This document shows positions 1 to 10,300 of a DNA stretch of 64,000 nt, piece after piece. The first letter of the stretch is position 1; each line of letters begins with the position of its first letter. The notes beneath the pieces were generated by a model that was not told where the DNA came from, ran no database searches, and saw only the letters and a program-made list of their open reading frames with translations. The DNA is taken from NCBI GenBank assembly GCA_977017645.1, contig OZ360240.1, positions 44,454,001 to 44,518,000 on the forward strand, in the 5' to 3' direction. Position numbers and translations under genes: made by a program. This DNA is from Torpedo marmorata. Taxonomy: Eukaryota.

Positions 1-1826
1 CTTAAAATTGCTCTCGTCAAGAGTTTTGGAACATGTCAATGGGGTAGTAACCGATGAAGATTAAGTTAATAGGAATCTTGGAGTTGTTAGACGAAGAGAC
101 GATAACATAATTTGTTCGGAATCTGTATGGGGGAGGTGGACTTCTGGTCTTCCTCGACCTAGTCGCGCGTCATTTTAGTGGCGAGGGCCACTTCCCGAGC
201 AATGGAGGGGGGTAGTACTGGTGTAAATTTACCAGTATTATATATAGGGGGTTCTCTAGTTCTCTATTCTCTTTTTATATCCTTTTCTCTTTTTTCTTCT
301 AAGGAGATGTCAAATAGTTTGGGGGGGAGCCAGCGGACCCGAGGGAGAGAAAGTTATTGTACATCAGCAATGGCGGACAGTAAATTAATAAATGTAGTTA
401 GTATTAATATAAATGGGCTCAATAACCCTATTAAAAGGAAGAAAACTTTAGCGAACATCAAAAAATTGAATGCAGACATAGCTTTATTACAGGAGACGCA
501 TCTGACTGATTTAGAACATCAGAAGTTGAAAAGAGATTGGGTTGGTCAAGTGGTGGCGTCTTCATTTAATTCCAAGGCTAAAGGGGTCGCTATTCTAATT
601 AATAAGAAGCTACCCCTTAAAATACATTCAGTGGTTACTGATGGGTCAGGAAGATACGTCTTAATAAACTGTCAGATATACTCAGAAATGTGGACTCTTA
701 TGAATATATATGTGCCGAATATGCAAGATGATCAATTTATTCAAGATTCCTTTATGCATCTGTCAGAGGCATATGATAATATTTTAATTGGTGGAGATTT
801 TAATTGTTGTCTGGACCCAGTAAAGGATAAAACATCCAAATCAATTATTAGAACTAAAACTGCTAAGAGAATTCTAACGATGATGAAAGACCTGAATCTA
901 ATTGATATTTGGAGGAAGTTGAATCCGAGAGAAAAAGATTACTCCTTTTATTCCTCTAGACATGATTCTTATTCTAGAATAGACATGTTTTTGCTGTCAT
1001 CACAATTACAGGATAGGGTGACTCAAGTACAATATAAGGCTAGATTAATTTCTGACCACTCGCCTTTATTAATGTCGTGCATAATTCCAGAAAAAGAAAA
1101 AATTATATATAAATGGAGGTTTAACTCTTCTTTACTAAAGAGAGTGGATTTTTGTAAATATATAAGAAGAGAAATCCAAGAATTTTTACAGATTAACACG
1201 GATTCCATGGAAAACAAATTTATTATTTGGGATGCTTTGAAAGCTTATTTAAGAGGTCAGATAATAAGTTACTCAGCAAAAGTTAAGAAGGAAAATATTC
1301 AGGAATTGGATAATTTGGAGAAGGAGATTGAATTTTTGGAGAAGGATCTACAAAAAAAGAGATCAGAAGAAAAGAAGAAAGATTTAATTAGGAAAAAGTT
1401 ATATTATAATACGTTACAAACATATAAATTGGAAAAACTCATTGAAAGGACTAAGCAAAGGTATTATGAACTGGGAGAAAGAGCTCATAAAGTTTTAGCC
1501 TGGCAATTAAAGAAGGAACAAACCTCTAGAACTATAACGGCTATAAAAAAGAATTCTAAGAAAATAACTTATAAACCGCGAGAAATAAATGATTATTTCA
1601 AAGATTTTTATTTGAATTTATATACATCTCAAGCCGATAAAGATGATTCTAAAATTAACAAATTTTTATCCAAAATTAAGATGCCCAGGTTAGATACACT
1701 TAGTAAAGAATCTTTAGATTCACCATTTACGATGAGGGAAGTCGATGGGGTTCTTAGTTCTTTGACAAGTGGGAAATCTCCGGGGGAGGATGGTTTCCCA
1801 TCAGAGTTTTATAAGAAATTTAAGGA
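1..1826 (+). mobile_element. L1 LINE fragment: inter-ORF spacer plus 5' part of ORF2 (APE endonuclease), truncated before the RT core
   Basis: From ATG 370 the protein MADSKLINVV...LQETH...GGDFN...SDH aligns closely with the intact ORF2 at 27482-31279. Homology stops after GKSPGEDGFPSEFYKKFKD (~1826). Bases 120-370 resemble the spacer at 31280-31565. Confidence 0.93.
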
Positions 1827-2066
1827 CATGCCTCTATCCTTGACACCAATCCTAGTTGGTCCACTGGCCACAGGTGATCCTGAGCCTCACTGATCAACAG
1901 CAGCATTGGGGCATAAACTGAAGGATTTGTGTTCTGTAGTTTCTTCACTTATATGTCACAGAAGACTAATCTGCACTAGGGGCTTCCTTTATATGATTTT
2001 TTATATAAATAAAAATTACAGGAGATAATTCATAAAACAAGGGGCAATGGGGCAAGCAACACTCTT

Positions 2067-2206
2067 TTGTTTCTCTTTCTATTGTTAGGGGTGCTCATGA
2101 CGACTCTTTGTTTGCCTTACGGCAGACAAAAGCTGCAGTATATCATGTGTATTACATTTTTGAGGTATTATTACGTGACAATAAAAGGTATATTTGAACC
2201 TTTGAA
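2067..2206 (+). mobile_element. Short 3' tail fragment of a Rex1-like or related non-autonomous retroelement
   Basis: Ends in gtgacaataaaagg...ttgaacctttgaa, similar to the tails at 25128 and 50786. Confidence 0.4.
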
Positions 2207-2428
2207 TGGTGGAACCCTAATAGGACTCTTGCAGAACAACCCTGTAGCAAGCCAAGTAATATATTGGGGTGGTTTTGGGTGGCGCTATAATGAAAGCAGA
2301 GATCTTAGTCTTCAGTGATGCATCATTTAAGAGTGTTACAATGGCACAGCAAGCAGAGCTACTGCCTCACAGCTCCAGTGACCTGGGCTTGATCCTGACT
2401 CCAGCACTGTTCACGAGTATTTTCAAGG

Positions 2429-3016
2429 AGTAAAACACGAAAATCTGTAGACACCGTGGTTGAAATAAAAAACACAAATGCTGGAGAAACTCAGCAGGTC
2501 AAACAGTGTCTTTTATGTAGCAAAGGTAGAAATACATAACCGACGTTTCGGGCTTGAGCCCTTCATCAAAGTATGATAAAATGCCGGCAGGCGTCCGAAC
2601 AAAAGAGTGAGGGGGGAAGGGGGGGGGGGTGGCAAAGGCAGGAGATGATAGGTGGAGAAAGGAGGGAGGGGACAGCAGCAAAGAGGGGGAGGAGGGCTGG
2701 GTGGGTGGAAAAAACAGGAAGGACAGGTGAGGGGGGAGGGGAAGGAAACGACAAGCAGGTTTAGTGGAAAGCAGAAAAGTCAATGTTAATGCCATCTGGC
2801 TGGAGAGTGCCCAGACGGAAAATGAGATGTTGCTCCTCTAATTTGCGGGTAGTCTGGGTGGGATAGTACATAAGGCCATGGACAGACATGTGAGTGTGGG
2901 AGTGTGACCCGGAATTGAAATGGTTGGCTACTGGGAGGTCGCTGTTGTGGCGGACGGAGAGGAGGTGCTCAGCAAAGCGATCTCCCAATCTACGACTGGT
3001 CTCTCCGATGTAGAGA
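2429..3016 (-). mobile_element. Penelope-like element 3' fragment: C-terminal GIY-YIG endonuclease and terminal repeat
   Basis: Minus ORF LYIGETSRRLGDRFAEH...PVANHFN...EEQHLIFRLGTLQPDGINIDF stops at 2761. The terminal sequence is shared with copies at 15716, 16390, 26806, 37660 and 58000. Confidence 0.88.
2534..2578 (-). ncRNA. Minimal type I hammerhead ribozyme motif (PLE-associated)
   Basis: Minus strand reads cauacu-UUGAUGA-a-GGGC-ucaa-GCCC-GAAAC-GUC-gguuaug: core with C3U, 4-bp stem II, palindromic minimal stem III. Confidence 0.75.
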
Positions 3017-4181
3017 TGTGTATTTTCCCTGTGACAGTCTGGCCTGTGTATGTTTGCCCTTTGGAGTTCCTCTGGGTGCTCTGGTTTCCTTCCATGATCC
3101 AAAGAAGTGCAGTAGGTTAATTGGCCAGTGGAGAGAATGGGTGAGGTGGAAGTTGATGGGAACGTGGGGAGAATAAAATCAGATTAGTGTGGGATTATGG
3201 TAAATGAGTCTTGATAATCAGTGTTGACTTGTGGGTAGAGGATCTATTACATGATGCCTATGACTTGTCTATTTTTGGAGTTCTGAATATCGGCTTGAAG
3301 TAGGCCATTTATTCAATCGTTGATGCCAAGCTACATGCTGGACTCCCCATAATATTTGGAGGAAGCTTTCAAAAAGCCTTGAAAATGCCTGAAGCCAGGC
3401 TCAACTCTTGATTGTCATGTTGAAAGATGTACAGCGGTGAGATGCTTGAGACAGTTTGGAACCCACGTCAGCTCTTGCCAATTTTACATTCCCCACAAGT
3501 TTTTAAAAAAAAATCAAAGCTCATGTTTCCAATGCTTTCATTTCAAATAACAGAGCTTTTCTTTATTTAAAGGAAGTTGGCAGATGGTGTAGAATTTTAA
3601 TGTGAAAGTACCTAAGCAAGGTAAACATGTTAAAAAACATTATTGCCGCAGAGGAGATATTTGAACTTCACTTTGTTTTCCTTCCCTCCTAGAGATCCAC
3701 TAAGTCTCCATGCCCAACAGGAAAACACAGAGCAGATGCTAGTGCTGAAAGGCAGCTGTGAACTGCTCTTTGGAGAGTAATTTTGATTGGCCTTTGTTCC
3801 ACTCCTGACTATGATTTGACGGTATCCAAGCTGTGAAGCTTCAGGATTGGCTGAACACACAGCACGCCACTGTTTGTGAACATATATTAGAACACAGTTA
3901 CTCAACATCAAATGAAATCATAAAATGTACAAAGGATTTATTTTCCTAAATGACCAACTTAACAAGAAATAATGGCCTAGAATTCCTCTGCACACTCCAA
4001 ACAAAACAATGCAGTTGAAGATCAATTTAGCTCAGGGTAGTGTAATTTTGCAACTTTGGTGGCTGTGTTTGTACACATGGGTAAATTCACCCTTGATTTC
4101 CGTTTGCCTCAGCACCTATTTTCTACTGTAAATCTCTCCCACCTGCATCACTGCATCCATAGTTCATCTACAGTGTGATTA

Positions 4182-4812
4182 CACTGAACAACATTTTTTT
4201 TCTAAAGGTTTGCTTCCTGAAAAAAGGGGATTATGACAGACAGTTTCAAGCTGAACACAGAGATAATTTCAGATTTGCTGTATCACGTAGGACGTTGGAG
4301 AGACATTAAATTAACTTTTATTGAATTTAGCATGCTTAATTGCATAATGATGCTGACATATTGCGTTAGTTCAACAGACCTAAAAATGTTTTGCTGCTGA
4401 TTTTCATTTGTACTCAGCATCTGATGCCTCTCGTGTCAGTGTCCAATAGTCAGCTAACATTGAAAAATAGTCGGACAGCATTGATGGATTCCAGTTGCCC
4501 TGATACCGCTTTTCTATGGTCGCAATGTCCTGGTGAAACCTTTCACTATGTTCGTCACTGACTGCACCAAGATCAGCAGGGAAGAAGTCCAAGTGCGAAT
4601 GCATAAAATGAATTTTCAATGACATGTTGCACTTTGTGGTTTTGTAGGCTTGAAGTAGACTTAAAATATGACAGGACATCACAAAAATAGGTTATATCTA
4701 AAAAAAACAGTACATGATAGGAAAATCTTAAGGTGATTTTCGTGATCAGCAGCTGAAAATCCATAAAATATACGCAAAGGTGTTCAGGAAGAAAAATCTC
4801 CATTGTCCACTG
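4182..4812 (-). mobile_element. Chapaev3-type (CMC) DNA transposon deletion derivative keeping the transposase C-terminus
   Basis: Termini cactgaacaac / cattgtccactg with TTA on both flanks (4179-4181, 4813-4815). Peptide CNMSLKIHFMHSHLDFFPADLGAVSDEHSERFHQDIATIEKRYQG. Confidence 0.8.
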
Positions 4813-5077
4813 TTATCAAGCACACTGGTTTTCAAAAACATCAAAGTCCTTGATTATATACAGGACAGTAAAGTTTTATGAGCGTTGTTTTTCCTAAAAC
4901 TATGCTATTCGAAAGATCCAACACTCAACACACTTTGGCCTGAGTGAGACCTGGGACCTCAAGTATTGACTCACATGTGGCTTGCCAGATGTGCTCAGCA
5001 TTCCAGCACCATGGTACTCGCAGCTGCCTACCCTCAGGAGCATTCCAAGCTGCTGTGCTCTGTTTACTTCCAAAGAT

Positions 5078-5260
5078 AAAAACCAAAAAAACTGTAGATG
5101 CTGAATATTTGAAATAAAAAATGCAAATCCTGGAAGTACACAGCAAACCAGGCAGCATCTGCAGGAAGAAAAACAGAATTAACACTTGGTGCTCTCAAGA
5201 CTCTTCATCAGGACTGGGAAGAAAAGAAAGCCAGTCAACTTTATGTTGTAGAGGAAGTGG
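5078..5260 (-). mobile_element. Degenerate Penelope-like terminal repeat
   Basis: tgtagatgctg...gaaataaaa...ggcagcatctg motif; CUGAUGA core remnant on the minus strand near 5205-5211. Confidence 0.6.
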
Positions 5261-5263
5261 GTG

Positions 5264-5690
5264 ACAATAGACAATAGACAATAGGAGCTGGAGTAGGCCC
5301 TTCGGCCCGTCGAGCCAGCACCGCCATTTTACAGATCCTGGCTGATCACTACTATCAGTACCCCTTTCCAGCCTTATCCCCATAACCCTTAACTCCCCTG
5401 CCCACTAGAGTCTTATCTAACTCTCTTTTGAACATAATCAGCGAATCTGCCTCTACCACCCTCTGTGGCAGAGCATTCCACAGATTCACACTTCTCTGGG
5501 TAAAAAAATGTTTCCTCATCTCCGTCCTAAAGGGCCTTCCCTGTATTCTTAAACTATGCCCTCTAGTCCTCGTCTCTCCCATCATTGGGAACAAGTAATC
5601 CGACTTCACCCTGTCTATCCCCTTGATAATCTTGTAAACCTCAATCATGTCCCCCCTCGTCCTTCTAAACTCCATCGGATACAAGTCCAG
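5264..5690 (-). mobile_element. CR1-clade LINE 3' fragment (young family)
   Basis: Peptide RGDMIEVYKII...TRGHSLRI...FFTQRSVNLWNALP; (gacaata)n tail; near-identical to 35725-36170. Confidence 0.9.
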
Positions 5691-7040
5691 AGGGATCACA
5701 AGGACAAAGGGATCACAAGGACAAAGGGATCACCTGGGATCAGGTGAGAGCAGGGTTTCCATGGAAGATTCAAGAGCAATGCTTGAGGTAACTCTATGTG
5801 CTTGGAAAGGAATTCATGATGGAGCTGGGGGAAAGAAAGATGGGTGCTCTTAGTACGATGATTCTTCAGTGATGTTTCACTCTGTCCTACAGATGTTCTT
5901 TTAATTCTTGTGTGGCACGTGTGCGATCGTGTCAAGGTTAGCATTTATTGCTCATCCTTGAGTAGTTTGTTAAGCTGTGCCAGAGGGTAGTTAAGACTCA
6001 ATTGCACTGCTGTGTTCTGAATCACATAAGAGCCAGGTTAGGTAAGGACCACAAATTTTCTTTCCTAAAGAACATTAGTGAGAGACCTGAGATTTTATAG
6101 CAATCCAGTGGTTAATGAAAAAAAAAGTTTTTTTCTGTTATTAACATTTAGACAGGTTTGAGAAGTTAAGGAGAAAGCTTTCTGTAAGTTTCAAATTTCA
6201 CATCTTTGGATCAGTGATGCTGATGTCTGTATGATTAGTCGAGTAAAATAATCACTGTGGGTTGTACATTAACCCACATCTTGTCCTTAAAAAGGAACAA
6301 CAGTATTTAAGGTGCAACACAAGTTTCACTCTCCATTTACTCCTGACAAGTGAACACCTGTCCAGAGTGCAGCTTATCACTGTGATACTTATTTTTAAAC
6401 ATCGTTCTTTAATTTCAGGCAAACATTATGTAAATTTAACAAGTTAGTAGAGAAGAGACAGCAACTGATGACAGAATGAGTGTCGTTGCATCTAATTAAC
6501 TACAATAGAAGCATAACCACAATTAAGTAAATACGAACGGCAAGTATGGATAAGAAATGTCTTTTTTTTCCAGTTCTTGGAGCCAAACATCACAGTCACA
6601 ACACTTGCAAAATTTCCTACCTATGTCGTTTGAGTACAACCCATCTAGAAGGGGTCAGTCAGGACAGGGAAAGATTGAAAAACATGGTAACATTTTCACC
6701 CACTGGTTTTGTATAAAATGGGAGCATTTTATTTCTCCCAGGAATATCCAGTGTTACCCATTCTACATTTTGGAGTTGGGTTTTATCATGGGAAACAGAC
6801 TGCTCATTCAAAAAAAAAGGCATGTCCATCAGTAGCAGCCCTGATCCACTTAATAAATGCAAAAAGTAATGTTCAAAAAATCGATTTAGTTGTGGAGAAT
6901 TTATATTTGGGTTTTGAAGGAGGAAGGAATGCTTGCAAAGGCCCATTTTAGAAATGAGGCCCAGCAAATGATTGCACCTGGGGTTAGGAGGCGGAGAAAT
7001 GTTCTTTTGGTGAGAAAGGTAATTCACCAGAAGGGGGGGT

Positions 7041-7292
7041 TGTGGTAAACCACTGTTTTGTGTATTGTGTGTACTGCTGTCTGTCCCAACGACTCCTCTC
7101 CCCTCCTTTGGGTCTCCAGGTAATCCCTCCCCTTTTCTCTCTTGAATAAAGGCTTGTGTGCTAGGGCTCCGCCCTCAGTCCGGGAGATCTGTAGGTCCAC
7201 TGCAGCTCTGTAGCTCTGTTCTATGTATATTAAAGCCTATGGTACGTTAACCCTCTCATAGTCTCTTGAGTGCTTAATTGATAGGCATATCA
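7041..7292 (+). repeat. 5' LTR
   Basis: tgtggtaaac...ggcatatca; AATAAA at 7145-7150, ATTAAA at 7229-7234. Confidence 0.96.
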
Positions 7293-7293
7293 A

Positions 7294-7311
7294 TTTAATA
7301 TACATACAACA
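7294..7311 (+). promoter_or_regulatory. Non-tRNA primer-binding site complementary to the element's own LTR
   Basis: tttaatatacatacaaca is the reverse complement of LTR 7217-7234 (tgttctatgtatattaaa) at 17 of 18 positions; no TGG start. Confidence 0.75.
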
Positions 7312-7328
7312 AAGAAAAAAAAAAAATT

Positions 7329-10300
7329 ATGGAAGGCGCCCTCCGACCGGACCGACTAGACATCGACCCTTTGGCTCCTGACGCTGGTCATGCATTCGAA
7401 CACTGGCTACGCTGCCTCCGATCGTTCTCAAAGGAGGTCAAAGCCGAAAGCGACGAGCAGAAGCTAGAGGTCCTAGTATCTAGGGTAAGCCCTCGATTGT
7501 ATTCGACCATCTGGAAATGCGGAACGTACAACGAGGCGATGGAGGTGCTGAGAAAGATCTATGTGACCCCTGTTAATGAGGTCTATGCAAGGTACAGACT
7601 ATCGTTGCGGAAACAGCGGGCCGGGGAGTCAATGGTGGACTTTGTCAGAGACATCCAGTACCTAGTGCGAGCGTGCGCCTGTAAAGCGCTGACGGAAGAG
7701 CAACATGTTGATCTGCTGGAGAGGGACACCTTTATTATGGGGATGAGGTCAACATACGTACGCCAGCGGCTGCTGGAGCACTCTGATCTCGATCTTCGTT
7801 CTGCGGTGGCGATGGCTTGCACACTGGAGTCCGCGCTGCAGAACTCCGACGCGATGCAGACGCGGGACCCCCAGCCTAATGCGTGGATCGCCCCGTTCCC
7901 CAGCCCCACCGATCCAACTGTGGCCGCTGTGGCCCGCGACCCGACTGCTGCCGCCGCTACCCGCGACCCGACCGCTATCAACGCTACTCTCACCGCCGCA
8001 GCTGTTAATCGCGAGCCCGAGAAGTGCTACTTCTGCGGGCTCGACAAGCATCCGAGGAAGCGCTGCCCGGCCCGCGACGCGACTTGTTCCAACTGCGGCA
8101 AGAAAGGCCACTACGCGAAGGCCTGCCGCTCCAAGCCGCGCGCGGGCCCGAGTAGTGCCGCGTGCGAGAGATGGGAGCGGCCATCTTGCAGACTGGCACT
8201 TCCGGCGCCGACCGCGTGTGAGGAGTGGAAGCGGCCATCTTTCATGCTGGCACTTCCGGCGCCGCCATCTCAGAGCCATACATCGTTACTTCCGGCACTT
8301 CCGGCGCCGCCATTTTGTGCAGAGACCTCCAGCGACACGTGCAACCCACGGGAGCGGCCATTTTTAAAGACCTCGGATCAAGACGACTTCACCCCTACTT
8401 TGGCATCCATCACCCTCGACCAGAACGTTCCCCACCAGCTGACAAGATCCATGATGGACATACTGGTCGAGGGACACAAGATAAATTGTTTATTTGACAC
8501 TGGAAGCACTGAGAGCTTTATCCACCCGGATACTGTTCAACGCTGTGGCCTAATGACCGTACCGGTAAGCCAGAGGGTGGCCATGGCGTCCGGGTCCCAC
8601 ACAACCGACATCCGGGGGGCGTGTGTGGCGAACATTGTGGTACAAGGGGCAGAGTACAGACAATTTTCCTTCTTTGTGATGAACCGTTTGTGTGCGCCGG
8701 TATTACTGGGTTTGGATTTTCAGAGCCATTTGCAGAGCGTTACAATGCGGTATGACGGTCCTCTCCCCGCGATCACTGTAGCCAACCACCAGTTTCTGGA
8801 CAGCACGCCCGAAACCACCTGTGGTCTTTCTACCCTTAAGATCTCGCCTCCGTCGTTGTTTGCGAACCTGACCCCGGACTGTAGGCCTGTGGCAACTAAA
8901 AGCAGGCGTTACAGTACCGAGGACAGAGCATTCATCAAGACGGAGGTACAAAGATTGCAACAGGAAGGGATTATAGAGATGAGTAATAGTCCCTGGAGAG
9001 CCCAGGTGGTCATCGTAAAAGGGGCCAAGAGCAGAATGGTGGTGGACTACAGCCAAACCATTAACAGGTTTACGCTTCTAGATGCATACCCGCTACCACG
9101 GATAGCGGAGATGGTGAACCAAATTGCCCAATACCGCCTCTTTTCCACCATCGACTTGAAATCGGCATACCATCAGCTCCCTATCCGTCGGGAGGACCGC
9201 CCATACACCGCGTTCGAGGCAGATGGCAGGCTGTTCCAATTCTTGCGCCTTCCTTTTGGTGTTACTAATGGTGTTTCTGTTTTTCAGCGGGAGATGGACA
9301 GGATTGTGGACCATTACAAACTCAAAGCCACTTTCCCATACCTTGACGACATTACCATCTGTGGTTATGATCGTCAGGACCATGACAACAACCTCCGGAA
9401 GTTCCTGCAGGCGGCAAAAGCTCTAAACCTCACGTATAACAAAGAAAAATGCGTGTTTGGTACCACTCGCCTCGCTATTTTGGGGTATGTGGTCGAGAAC
9501 GGGGTAATTGGACCAGACCCCGAACGCATGCGGCCCCTGCTGGAACTTCCGCTCCCCGCCAATCCCAGAGCCCTTAAACGATGCCTCGGGTTCTTTTCTT
9601 ATTATGCCCAATGGGTCCCAAATTATGCGGATAAGGCCCGACCCCTTGTGAAATCCACTGCATTTCCCCTTGCTTCGGAGGCACGTAAGGCGTTCGACCT
9701 TATAAAAGGGGACATTGCGCGAGCAACAATGCACGCAGTGGATGAGGAGACACCCTTCCAGGTGGAGAGTGACGCATCGGACTTCGCGCTGGCTGCTACC
9801 CTCAACCAGGCGGGAAGGCCGGTGGCATTTTTCTCCCGAACCCTACAGGGCCCCGAAATTCGGCACTCAGCGGTGGAGAAGGAAGCCCAGGCCATAGTGG
9901 AGGCCATCAGGCACTGGAGGCACTATCTTGCCGGTAAGCGTTTTACCCTGCTGACAGATCAACGCTCTGTGGCATTCATGTTCAACAATCAGCAGCGGGG
10001 TAAGATCAAAAATGACAAGATCATGAGGTGGAGAATAGAGCTCTCCACCTACAATTACGACATCATGTACCGGCCCGGGAAGCTCAATGAGCCCTCCGAT
10101 GCTCTATCCCGGGGATCATGCGCCAGCGCGCAGGTCGACCGATTACACGCCCTACATAACGACCTATGCCACCCAGGAATTACCAGGCTCTTTCACTTCG
10201 TGAAGTCACAGAACCTGCCATACTCCCTGGAAGAGGTCAGGACAATGATCAGCAGTTGCCGGGTTTGCGCGGAGTGCAAACCCCAGTTTTACCGCCCCGA

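Larger units (their letters stand above)
2342..3265 (+). mobile_element. Old HE1-type V-SINE split by the Penelope-like insertion
   Basis: tRNA-like head at 2342-2412. V-domain-like ttcctctgggtgctctggtttcct and a CR1-like tail resume after ~3017. Confidence 0.6.

Noticed and set aside
178-369. GTG-initiated N-terminal extension of L1 ORF2
   Set aside because: The intact copy starts at the ATG equivalent to 370. The tail after 1826 is read-through into flanking DNA.
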